DNA of 64,000 nucleotides from Eledone cirrhosa (lineage: Eukaryota): positions 60,636,001 to 60,700,000 of the forward strand of contig OZ024746.1 in the NCBI GenBank assembly GCA_964016885.1, in the 5' to 3' direction. The notes below the pieces were generated by a model. That model searched no databases. It saw nothing but the letters and a program-made list of their open reading frames with translations, and had not been told where the DNA came from. Positions 39,668 to 51,400 of the stretch are shown piece after piece (the first letter of the stretch is position 1; every line of letters begins with the position of its first letter). Both the position numbers and the translations under genes were made by a program.

Positions 39668-39724
39668 TTTGGTGTGTCAGCTTCTCTCTGTTTCAAGATT
39701 TGTTTCCTCCAACTAATCAGACGT
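39668..39724 (-). CDS. FTSJ3: FTSJ3 exon 8
   Basis: RLISWRKQILKQREADTPK; CAG acceptor, GTAAG donor, phase 2/2. Confidence 0.9.
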
Positions 39725-40029
39725 CTGGAAAGAAAAGAAAATAAAACCTTTATTTATTTATTTTTATGTTGTATTGATTCAGCATTAGTAGCTACAAGTT
39801 TCCCATGGGGTCAATCATTGGACCAACACATCTCTGAAGATGAGAATGACATGGGATTGCCTGTGTAACTTGGGCTGAACAACTATCACCCAAGGAATTT
39901 TTTTTATCGAAAACATCATCAGCGTGTCACATTTACCATAATATATATATATATATACACACATACATATACCTGTGTGTGTGCGCGTCAGCAAAGGGTA
40001 GCAGGGAAAATGCCAAAAGGGCAAGATAC

Positions 40030-40400
40030 GCACTGTAACAGGGTACAAGGTTCCCACTACAACAGCGTAAAATAAAGTACCTACTACACCAAGGTACAAC
40101 TAAGTACCCACTATAACAGGGCCCAACTCAGAGTACCTACTATAACAGTACAATAAGTGACCCACTATACCAAGGTACAAGGTATCCACTATACCTAAGT
40201 ACAAGATACCCACTATAACGGCACCTGCTACAACATGGTACAAAGTACTCACTATACCAAGGTACAACAAAGTACCCACTATAAGAGAGTACAATAAGTG
40301 ACCCACTATAACAAGGAACAAAAAGGTACCAACCAGAACAGAGTACAATGTACCCACCAGGGTAAGTCACAATGTTTCTGCTATAACAAGGTACCTGCTG
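40030..40400. repeat. Degenerate ~20-bp minisatellite in FTSJ3 intron 7
   Basis: Repeating gtacccactataacaaggtacaa-like units. Confidence 0.8.
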
Positions 40401-40422
40401 TACCAGTGTACATATTACTCAC

Positions 40423-40523
40423 TTGATATCTTTTTTCCCCAACACTCTAATGTCCTTACAGCACATCTTTATTTCCTCTGTGGTCAGTGGGTCTTCAGAT
40501 ATGGACTGGTCATCAAATAATAA
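40423..40523 (-). CDS. FTSJ3: FTSJ3 exon 7
   Basis: LLFDDQSISEDPLTTEEIKMCCKDIRVLGKKDIK (DUF3381-type TTxEIKxCCxDIRVLG); CAG acceptor, GTGAG donor. Confidence 0.94.
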
Positions 40524-41097
40524 CTGAAAAAAAAAAAACGATGAATGGATTAAATAACAAACAAATATGTCAGAACACTGCATATATTTAACCATTTAGC
40601 ATTTACATAACTCTATATTTATTATTGTATTTTCATGGTAAACACTTTATCTCACATAATATAGTATCTATGAGATTTTTATATTATTTATTTTGAGAAC
40701 AATACCTTAACGTTGATATGAGCTGTCGGTTTGAACTGAAAGAGGTGAGAGAATTCTGGCCAGATACGGCTGGTTTAAATACTAAAGGGCTAAAGGTTTA
40801 GAATAGATATAACTACCATTTTCTTAATTAGAAGCCTTAGTTGTGAAAAGAATGAACTACGAAGTGTAAACACTTTCAACTATTCCTCTGTAGACAGAAA
40901 AACAGAAGAGATTTTTATGCCTACATTTCAGAGATTTTTTGGAGCTTCATGAAAGAATAACTATGGATTGTGCTTTTTCTAATATATTTTTATCAGAACA
41001 TTAGATTTATAGTCAAGCACAGACAGTGTCATGGTCAAGTAAAAGGTGTTTTATCGAAGATTAGCTGTTACACATGCATATCAGTCTCTCTTCTCCA

Positions 41098-41178
41098 TAC
41101 AGGGTGTCCCCAAAAAATGTGTACATACATTTATTAGAATACTGTTGAAGTTTGTATACTTTTTGGGGACAACCTGTG
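41098..41178. mobile_element. ~80-bp Tc1/mariner-type MITE
   Basis: tacagggtgtccccaaaaa ... tttttggggacaacctgtg TIRs. Confidence 0.8.
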
Positions 41179-41353
41179 TATGTGTCTATATATATATATA
41201 TGTGTGTGTGTGTATATAAACACATACATACATTCATATAGGTAGCAGGACTTCCTAAGCGGACAATGATGTCTGTGTCTGTAAAAACTATTTCAGAGAA
41301 AGGTTAGTAAGAAATATCCAAAACACAAATGATGATGATGATGATGAAATTAC

Positions 41354-41462
41354 CTCAGTACATGAAGCAAGAATCTTCAAATGCTCTTGGCTGTTGATGA
41401 ACTCTGAGACATTTTTGGGGAAGTATAAATTAGTGAGTCCATCGGCATAACCTTCTCGGTTT
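41354..41462 (-). CDS. FTSJ3: FTSJ3 exon 6
   Basis: RNREGYADGLTNLYFPKNVSEFINSQEHLKILASCTE; CAG acceptor, GTAAT donor. Confidence 0.93.
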
Positions 41463-42297
41463 CTGTAAAGAAAATTATAAAGAATTAAGAAAAGACTAGA
41501 AACAACGGAAACGAGAATGGTTTTGTGGTTGAGGAAGGGACAACTGAGGATGATGGAAATAAAGCCAGTGATGGCTGTTGTGGAGAGAAACACAATGACA
41601 TGGTTGGATCATGTGTTGAGGAAATATGAAAGGGACTGAGTGAGAGGTATGATGGAAATAGAGGTAGTGATGGATGTTGTGAAGAGAAATGGGGTAAGAT
41701 AGTTGGGTAATATATTGAGGAAAGATGAAAGGGATTGAGTGAGAGGTATGATGGAAATTTGAAGAGCCATGATAGACATTACCATTTAGAGTGGTTGTAT
41801 ATTCTCTGAAGTGGTTCAATTTTCTACAGTAATGTTTTGTTTTGTGGAGGTGAATATTTTCATAGAGAGCATCACAATTTTATTGATAGGGAACATGTTA
41901 TTCTGAATTTATTATAAACACATCATAACAAGCCATATTTTTGCTCTGTTATCCGTCCTTTTATAATCCAGATAGGTTTATTGAAAATATTTCTACAGAT
42001 TATTTTATCCTTTGCGTTATATATATACGATATACGTTTAAAAAAAAAACGACGATATATTTTATTTATGAAATGCTATATATAATATTTAGGTTTGTGA
42101 GTGAGGAGGATAAAATGTAACATTAACAAATGCATTCTGTTATGATAACTCCTAAAAAAGAAGTAGTGATGGCTGTTGTGAAGAGAAATGGGTATTATAT
42201 TGAGGAATGATGAAAGGGATTGAGTGAGAGGTGTGATAAATATTGTGAAGAGATGGCTGGGCGCCCTGCAATAAGACCAGAACCCACGGTCACTTAC

Positions 42298-42607
42298 CTC
42301 TGTTTCTGTTCTGGTTTAAATGTGTTTAGGAGAGATTTGGTTTCCTCGACTTCTTTAAACACGTGTCTCGGATCAAAAAACTTTGGGTCCAGTTTATCTG
42401 GTGCCAAATAGCTCTCACACACAACAAAGATCTCAGCAGACTCGGTTCTTGACGCCTGAGGTTTCGTGGCATGTACCTTCTTGAAGAGTTGGTTGAATAC
42501 CCAGAGGACTGAGTTGTAGTCTTTAGAACGGAACAACTTTGTCACAAAATAACCGCCCTTGCGGAGCACTCCTGCTGCCAACCTCAAGGCAGAGAGGGTT
42601 AACTGGG
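42298..42607 (-). CDS. FTSJ3: FTSJ3 exon 5
   Basis: [11 protein letters not shown]...[11 protein letters not shown]...[18 protein letters not shown]...[11 protein letters not shown]; also in ORF track 42294..42617. Confidence 0.97.
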
Positions 42608-42934
42608 CTGTAAACAATAAAACAAGGAATCATTAACTCTTTAGCATTTATATTACTCTATATTTACTATTGTATTTTCACAGTAAAAGCTTTCCCGCAC
42701 AAAATATTGAATCAATGATATTTTGATATTTATTTTGAGACCAATACCTTAACATCAGTATGTTGATTACAGCCAATTTGAATAGAAAGAGGTGAGAGAT
42801 TGCTGGCCGGTTTAACCCTTTAGCATTTAAACTGGCTGTATCCAGCCAGAATTCTCTCACCTCTTTCTGTTCAAACCGGCTGCTCATATTGATGTTAAAG
42901 TATTGTTCTCAAAATAAATTATATCAAAATCTCA

Positions 42935-43410
42935 ATCGGATACCCCACTCAGCCAAATGTGACCAAGTAGGGTAGCTGGTTGGATGCCTGCAATTACTAT
43001 GCTAAAAACCTTGTAGAGACTTTTGAGGATGAAGGCATTTTGGTGCAGAGAGTGAATGAAGCTGTGTGGAATCCTGAGATCAGGACTAACCTCGCCAAAT
43101 CTGTTCAAATTATCTGCAGTTGAAAGAGTTGATTTTGAAAACCAATTCAACAGCCATCACCAACTACGATGCTTACAAGTGCCTTAAAGAATTGAAATTC
43201 AATGAAGACCCGTGTTGCACCATGAATTACATTGATTTTAGATGCAATAAAAACCAAATCAATTTGATAATTCAATTAATGAACACCAAAGTTTCACCCG
43301 CGGAATATGAGACAATGGCAAACAACATCAGTTGCGGTAACTTGCAGTTTTTCGAGGCTGAAAAAAAATCCTTGCAAAAGACAGGAATTTTTTGCCTACA
43401 GATATAAAGC
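42935..43410 (+). pseudogene. hAT-like DNA transposase remnant in FTSJ3 intron 4
   Basis: PTQPNVTK*GSWLDACNYYAKNL resembles the PxxTRWGxWLxAxxYY hAT-type motif, with W changed to stop; partly open downstream frame. Confidence 0.55.
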
Positions 43411-43698
43411 ATTATATTATATTGTACTATAACAAATTTTTACTATAGTTATTTTTTTAAAAACTGTTTTGATAATATATCATAAAGTAATCTAAACTAG
43501 AGTGAACTCCCTAATTTTTATGGATTTATCAATAATAATAAAATCAAAATGAGGTTAAAATCTGTCAATAAAGTTAAAAAAACTGCCCTATTTATGTCAC
43601 AATGTAAACCAGCTTAAACCAATGTGACATAGAGAAGTAAAGAAGAAAGTAATATACAGTGATGACACAATAGGGGAAGGATGAGTGTTAATACTAAC

Positions 43699-43798
43699 CT
43701 TGCTGAAATGCATCATGTATCCAGGATTTACCCACGTTGGGTGCCCCATCATTAAGGACGGTGTCAGCCTTCCATTCCTTAAGTTCTTTTTTGATTGC
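43699..43798 (-). CDS. FTSJ3: FTSJ3 exon 4
   Basis: [33 protein letters not shown] with the catalytic DGAPNVG motif; CAG acceptor, GTTAG donor. Confidence 0.96.
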
Positions 43799-44147
43799 CT
43801 GTATACACAGATATAAAAAATGACAGTGTTCTAGAATCAACGTTAGAGGGAGTGGCTGTTCTTGAAAAAGGTTTATGAGAGAGAGTGAAGAGAAGAAGAG
43901 AGTGTGAAGATGGATGAGGAGAGTGTAGGGAAAGAGAGATGAAATAGAGATGTGTAATAAATAGAGATATAAAATAAAAATCAGGTCAATATGGAGATTG
44001 AACCAATGGCATCTGTGTCATTAGAACACTGCTCTAATCAATTGAGCTCAGAGAATTTTCATAATTTTGACTTTAGACAATACACAGATGGGATCAGACA
44101 GACAAACAAACATTTAGAAATCTATAACTGATAAAAGATAAACTTAC

Positions 44148-44227
44148 TACTCGACAACTGTCAGTCGTGATGTCATTTTGTAGACATATGGTCCGAGGGA
44201 TTGGTCTGATTGGCACAAGATCCACAC
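44148..44227 (-). CDS. FTSJ3: FTSJ3 exon 3
   Basis: GVDLVPIRPIPRTICLQNDITTDSCRV; TAG acceptor, GTAAG donor. Confidence 0.95.
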
Positions 44228-44949
44228 CTATAAATATAAACAGACATTAACACAGGATACACACATACACGATCCATATAAATGCACACACATAATAATA
44301 ATATCATATACATATAAAAATGAGAAAACTCATCGCTAGAACTGTTGTTAAAACAGCTAAATGCTGTCAAAGACAGTGATGGGCAAAAACGCCTCAGAGG
44401 ACAAAGACCAGCGGCCAGTGGTCAACAGAGAGACAATCCACAAGATGGGTGACAGGCAGATGAAATATAGAAAAAAATGAAAGAGGGGGAGGAAAGAAGT
44501 GTGTTGGCACACAGAAGTGACCGGAAGAGGAAATAAAGGAAGGTGGTGTACAAGACAAGTTTACACACACACATCTTCACCCTCACCAGCTCTTAACTTT
44601 TTAGCATTTACATTGCTCTATATAAACTATTGTATTTTTGTGGTAAAGGCTTTATTTTACATAATTATCTCATAATATCGAATCTATGAGATTTTGATGT
44701 TATTTATTTTGAGAACAATACCTTAACATTAGCATGAGCAGCCAGTTACAGCCAGTTTAAACAGAAAGAAGTGAGAGAATTCTGGCCGGTTTAAATGCTA
44801 AAGGGTTAAACCAGCAAAATGGTTTCACACGATTTAATAGAGAATATCATTTTAAAATACTGAGGGAATTTGATCTCAGAAATGTAAAAAGCTGGAACAA
44901 ATACCACAAAGCATTTTGTCTGCTGCTCTAACAGTTCTATCAAGATGAT

Positions 44950-46280
44950 AATAATTGTTTCTACTTTTGGCACAAGGCCAATAATTACCCAGTGTATTAC
45001 TGGTACTTTATTTTATCGACCCCATAAGGATGAAAGGCAAAGTTAACCTCGGCAAGATTTGGACTCAGAATGGCAAGGGCCATAACTCTATGCGTCAAAG
45101 CATGGCGTCCGACCCTCTACCAATACTGCCAATCCACTGCCCTTTATCAAGATGATAATAATAACAATGGCACAAAGCCACCAATTTGGGGGAAGGAGAA
45201 TATGAATTACAGAGGCTAAGTTGTTGTGGCACCAACATGACCATTTTATACTGTTGACTGGGTGTTTTTTTCTTGCTCTACATATATACATAATAATTTG
45301 TGAGCATAGCTGTATTAAGGCTTGGTCAAGAAACCAAATATTCTTTATTCTGTTCCTAAAACAATGGGTTATGCATTAAAAATGGTTCTAGGCACAAAAG
45401 CCAATAATTTTTTTGTAAAGGTAAAGTCAATTAAATCAATGCCAATGTTCCAATGTATTACTGGTACTTTGTTTTATCGACCCCGTAAGGATGAAAGGCA
45501 AAGTTAACCTCGGTAGGATTTGAACTCAGATCGTAAAGAGCCAGAACAAATAATGCTAAGCTTTTTGTCCAATGCTCTAATGATTCTGCTAATCCACTAC
45601 CATAGGGGTGCAAGGAGTATGTATTAATAATAATAATTGTTTCTACTTTTGGCACAAGGCCAGCAATTAACCAGTGTATTACTGGTACTTTATTTTATCG
45701 ACCCCGTAAGGATGAAAGGCAAAGTTGACCTTGGCGGGATAATAATAACTATTTCTACTTTTGGCACAAGGCCAGTAATTATCCCAGTGCATTACTGGTA
45801 CTTTATTTTATCGACCCCGTAAGGATGAAAGGCAAAGTTAACCCTGGCGGGATTTGAACTCAGATCATAAAGGGCCGTAACTCTTGCTGCAAAGCATGGC
45901 GTCCGACCCTCTACCAATACTGCCAATTAATGGTTGCTAATTTGGTGAGAGTAGGAAGTTGATTCTATTGACCTCCGTACTTGACTGGTAATTTATTTTA
46001 TTGACCCTACAAGGATGAAAGGTAAAGTTGACTTCAGCGGGATTTAAACTCAGAAAATAAAGGAACTGAAACAAACACTGCTAATAATAATAATTGTTTC
46101 TACTTTTGGCACAAGGCCAGTAATAACCCAGTGCATTACTGGTACTTTATTTTATCAAACCCGTAAGGATGAAAGGCAAAGTTACCCTCGGCGGGATTTG
46201 AACTCCGAACGTAAAGAGCCATCACTTTATGCTGCAAAGCATGGTGTCCGACCCTCTACCGATACTGCCAATCCACCGAT
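44950..46280 (-). repeat. Head-to-tail array of about 6 SINE copies in FTSJ3 intron 2
   Basis: Recurring ttctacttttggcacaaggcc...ggatgaaaggcaaagtt...gatttgaactcag units, all in the same orientation. Confidence 0.85.
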
Positions 46281-46299
46281 AATAATAATAACAACATAC

Positions 46300-46452
46300 C
46301 AATAACGAGAGCAGACACTGGAGTATTTTCCACAGAAACTTGAAGCCATCCACCCGGAGCTGCACACAGATCGACCACAACACGGGACTTCTGTAAAAAC
46401 TCAAACTTTCTATTCAACTGTATCAGTTTGAACGCTGACCGAGCTCTGTAAC
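46300..46452 (-). CDS. FTSJ3: FTSJ3 exon 2 (SAM-binding motif)
   Basis: [39 protein letters not shown]..., including the Fts[10 protein letters not shown] motif; CAG acceptor, GTATG donor, phases match. Confidence 0.97.
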
Positions 46453-47983
46453 CTGGAAAACAATGGAAATTTATTAAAACAGATGCAAGATTTTGATGTT
46501 AGGAAAGGCATAGAAACCATGCCAAAATACAGAATGTATGAGCAGGACATTGTTCTCTGACCCATCCAAACCAACCTTGACATAGAAAGCAGACATGATA
46601 ATGACAACACTAAACGTTTTCCTACGAAATCTTTTCGTAGTTATGGAAACATGTGCAGACATGGTTGTGTAATAGTTAAGTTTACTTTGCAGCTTGTGGT
46701 TACAGGTTCAGATAAATGTAAACATTTTTGAGATACAGATTCAATATAAGCTTTTAGCAACTGGAATGACTGATACCAAGGAATTTAACCACTTTTGATA
46801 CCAAACTGCATGAACCTTCGTCTAATTCTATGATATAAAACTGTTTTTAAGTGCTTATTTTTATCTAAAAACTTTACACACACATTTACATATATAAATA
46901 TAGATTGATCCAAGCTTCTGTTCATTCCATAAAAACCAATGTTCTGTTTTGGTCTTTTATTTTATTTTTTTCAGCATAGAGGTAGTCAGAACCACAACAG
47001 GCTGATATTCCATTGAACGGGGAGATCGACCTGCTCAAAACAACAGTCAAATATTCTTAAAATAATTCACTATCATCTTAAATATTGACAGGACACATTC
47101 GTTAATGTAATCCTTAATATACCATAGTCATTGATCACACGTCTACTCAATCAGAGCTGACCTAGAGCCAAACAACAGAATATTAGTAATTAGCGGGGGG
47201 AACCTCTGCATGGTCGCACTAACTGCTAGATATGATAGCCATATTTCTTTAAATCACACACAAATCCCATTAAAAGAGATAAAGTCTACGTTAAAACTTT
47301 CGTTACTATATTTCTAATAAATGACACTGCTATGATTTTCAACTATTTTTGAAATAATCAAGAATTTACAGGCATTTAGTAATATAAATAACTTCTGATT
47401 ATTAAGTTGGTTTTTGAAGTACAACTTACTAAAGACTCTTACATAACATTATAACTGCTTCAACTCTTTCATTACCTACCATATTTCTAATGAAAGGCAC
47501 TGCACAAGCTTCCTCGATAAAGTGCGTAGCTCGGCGATCAGAGTCACTCTAGGTTGAGCCGCTACTCCTCAGAATTGAGATATCACAGCTCCGATAATAT
47601 GGGCATGTGGCTAGAATGTCTCAGGAAAGAATCGCATAACTTAACAAAGGTTCTTACATAAAATTATGATGGAAAGTTTTTAGATAAATATAAACATGTC
47701 AAAACAAGGTTTTGTAGCATAGAACCAGAGGCTGTTTCTTTATATCAAAAGAGTTAAATATAAGTAACAGATGCACGATATCTGGCGGAAGGATCATCAT
47801 GGATGGAAGTTTTTTTAATTTTTATTATTATTATAATTCAGCTTAATCTGGCCCGACCAGGAATTCAGTAATAACATAAGACCATATTACGATATGTTAT
47901 TAAAGCTAGGAGATTAAATACATCAAAATATTAATATATCGAAAAATAAATACAAAAGTTTGGTAACAGTAATGTAAGCATGC

Positions 47984-47989
47984 CACGTG
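47984..47989. promoter_or_regulatory. CACGTG E-box about 110 nt into FTSJ3 intron 1
   Basis: gccacgtgc near the first exon of a ribosome-biogenesis gene, a typical Myc/Max target configuration; function untested. Confidence 0.4.
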
Positions 47990-48099
47990 CTTTCTGCTTC
48001 CGTTCAAACCTATACACGTTCATAAAACTATATCTAGTATTTAAAACACAACGAGTTCTGCATGTAGAATAATAGATAATATTGAAATAATTCTCTCAC

Positions 48100-48166
48100 C
48101 TGTTTCTTTGGCTAAATGATAAAATCGATCTTTACGGGCCTTTCCAACCTTCGCCTTTTTTCCCAT
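48100..48166 (-). CDS. FTSJ3: FTSJ3/Spb1 rRNA methyltransferase, coding exon 1 (start codon)
   Basis: Minus strand reads [25 protein letters not shown](G), the conserved Spb1/FTSJ3 N-terminus; donor G|GTGAG. Confidence 0.96.
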
Positions 48167-48744
48167 CTTGAATGTATTTAAGTGAAATAATTTACTTCAC
48201 TATGTCATAGCAATAAGCGGTGTCAGCTAAAGCAACGTGTCGCACAGAAAAATATTCCGGATGTTGATTGAAAAGTTTAAATTTGTAACATCTGAAAATG
48301 CTTATAAAATGTTATTCTAATTAAATTATATAATCTTTATGTTTTGTAAAAGGAAAAGTATATAAAAAGCAGTAAAAGGAAGAGAAGACGTTCACATTCA
48401 ATTAACACACAACAGAAGTGTAGGTGTTGCCTTCTAAAAAAAAAAAAAAGGTATTATAGAAATAATACTCGCAATTGACTTCTTTTTTTTTTTTACAGGT
48501 AAACGAAAGTGGTGGAGCTGGGGACTGATCCTCGGCATTTTCCCTATGATTTTTTTCTGTGTTATCAACAGATACCATCTCCAAACCAGTCGGAAACGAC
48601 TAGCTTTGTAAAAAAAAAAAAACAGACGGAAATTGGACGGCGGGTGAAGAGGCTAGATTATTTGATAGCACACGAAAAAGCCCAACAAGAAAGATGTTTT
48701 CCCCACGGAAATCGGAGGGTGGGGTGTTCTATAAATTTCTTCTT

Positions 48745-50450
48745 CTTCTTCTTCTTCTTCTTCTTCTTCTCCCACTTATTCCTGTGAGGGTTGTGAGAGC
48801 AGAGTCCTCAAACACTCCTTCCAGCGGGTCCTGTCAGAAGCAACAGTCTCCAACTGATCCTGCTGGATCCCATGCAGGACCAGCCAAGTTCATGGATGTT
48901 ATCCAACCCCATCTTGCTCAGAGTCTACCCATTGGTCTCCTACCATTTGTTTTTGCCCATAAAATCTGCCCAGTGATTTTTTTTACTGAGACATTCTAAC
49001 CACTTGCCCATAGTATCAGAGCTGTGATCTCTCAATTTGGAGAAGTAGCGGCTTACCTTGAGTGAGTCTCTGATCTTTGAGCTACATACTGTATCAAGTA
49101 ATGTTTCTCCAAAGAACCTTCGGAGGAACCCCATTTTGACTGCTTGTATCGCAATTGTATTTTTCCGGTCATTAGCGAAGATTCATGACCATAGGTAACG
49201 GTTGGCACAAATACTGAATTGAAGATAGCGAGTTTGGCTTTTACATCCCTCTGTACTTGGAACAATCTCTCTTGCCTCCTTTTTTGAAAATTTGGATTAT
49301 CACTCCCAATTGCCATGGTTTAGGTACCTTTCCAGAGAATACCTTCTCTATTTAAGGCTTTTAATATCTTGGGCTGGATTTCATCTTCCCCAGCAGCCTT
49401 GCCATATTTGAGCTCTTTTACTGCTCTTGTGACTTCAGCCTCTGAGAGATTAGTCACCGCTCCCAGAGCAGAGGCACTTTGTGTACATCAGAAGATGCTG
49501 TTGTGATCGGGTTTAGGAGATCAGCAAAGTAGTCACTCCACCTCATGATGATGCACCTCTCTGAAGAGAACCACAGACACATTCCTGATAACAGGTGTGG
49601 TGGAGGACTTCTTATTATGAAGCCAGTGGATGGTCTGCCAGAACACTTTATTTGCCGATCTGAAGTTGGATTCCAGCTTAACCACAAAGTCCTCTCATGT
49701 CTTAACTTTGGATGCCTTTATTGTCTCTGCTGCGATTCTTTCAGTCTGCTTGTACTGCAAGTGCAAGGAGGACTTATTTCCAGGCCAAGCTTTGTAGGCC
49801 TCATTCTTTGCTTGGATGGCATCTTTGATGTCTTGATTGAACTAAGAGGTTCTCCTGCCATACGGTGACTGACCAAACCTCTTTCACCCACAACATTTAA
49901 CAGCTGAAGCAGGAACTGCTGCACTGAACAATCTCAACTCTATCTCAACATCCTCAGTATTCTCAGGGAGTTCTCTGAATTTGGATGCTATAGTATCTGC
50001 ATACTTGGTCCTAACTTCCTTATACACCAATGCTTCCCACTTTATCCTGTAGGTTACCTTGGACTTGCCAGTTTTGTGAGCTTCTTTGGCTTTAGGTAGT
50101 TTCAAGTTGCAGATAATTAGATGGTGATCAGTTGACAGCTCAGCTCCTCTCTTAACATGAACATCCAGCACAGAATTGAAGAGATCAGAGACAATATCAA
50201 AATCAATTATTGACCTCTGTTCCTGATTCCCCTTATATCTTGTTTATTTATGGATGTCTCTATGCTGGAAGGTGTTTATAATAGAAAGTCCGTTACTTCC
50301 AATCACTAGTTTCCATGCCAGGTGGTCAGTGTCAACATGTGCATTGAAGTCTCCAAACAGGATATATGTCTCACTGTTATCTACATCTAACACTGCAGTG
50401 ACTTCGTCAAGGGAGGATCTGTATTCGGACTCTTTCTTTGGTGTATAAGG
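48745..50450 (-). mobile_element. RTE-clade (Expander/Rex3-like) LINE, internally deleted and degenerate
   Basis: GDFNAHV, SIIDF, DVHVKRGAELSTDHHLIICNL, KAAGEDEI, AKLAIFNSVFVPTVTYGHES, MGFLRR; (GAA)n tail at about 48736-48770. Confidence 0.88.
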
Positions 50451-50959
50451 TTAGTGTTGACAATTAATAACTAAACTCTAAGAATGCTACTCGTCGTAAC
50501 AATATCCGAATGTCTGAAACATACTTCTCAGTGAGATGAACAAATTCATGTCCAAAGACAGAACAACTCCACATCTCTGTCATGTTTTATCTGGAGATTA
50601 TGGGACAAAGTATTCCCCATCCAGTATAACCTGAAATATCCTTGACAGGGCTCTTCCTTATGTTTCTGGCTGGGCCAATAAAAGTCATTTTGCATTCTGC
50701 AAGAAGCTGCATATATTACAGCAGCCAGCTGTATCTTTTAATAACAGTTCTCAGCTGTCTTTCTGTTACTATAAGCGGAGGTCTTTACTTCAAACAATTA
50801 CCTGTTAATAATGTCTTCTATATCACACGTTTCCATTGTAATGAAATTTGGTATCCCACTAATGGTACTAATTGTAAGTCTTAAAATATAATACTACCCA
50901 ATAAACATTTACCTTTATTTTCATATAACACAGGGATTCCTAACTGGTATATTAGTTAA

Positions 50960-51400
50960 TTAGTTAAGTCCTCACATTCCATGTGGAACATTGGGTAGCA
51001 ACAAAAGATTCCCATCCTCTGCGGTCTTCTGCAAAAGATTTGGCATCCTCCCAGCTCAGCTCTTCCACATCTAGATCCTTCCTGACTGTCCTCTTTCATG
51101 TTGTTAATGGGCATCTACATTTCTTTTTTCCACCTTCTGGCTTCTAGCCAAGGGAGAGTCATATGTGTCTTGATGGCATTCTAAAGACATATCCAAGAAA
51201 TCTCAGATGACAATCTTTCACTGTGAAGCTTAGTGGTTTCTGGGTTTCTGCTTGGTTCTCCCATTAACTTCTTCATTGGTTATTTTGTCTTGCCAAGAGA
51301 TATTAAGAATTTTTCTGAGGCACTTCTGGTGGAATACATCTATCTTGTAGGCAACTCCAGCTGTCATCTTCCATGTTTCACTGGCATAGATGGCAACTGA
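50960..51400 (-). mobile_element. RTE-type LINE 3' fragment
   Basis: IYASETWKMT...IDVFHQKCLRKILNISWQDKITNEEV. Confidence 0.8.

Noticed and set aside
50765-50780. gttactataagcggag, a 15/16 match to the reverse complement of the TIR-like motif at 52364-52379
   Set aside because: It lies upstream of the ORF and so cannot be its 3' TIR; at most an end of a separate related element, or chance
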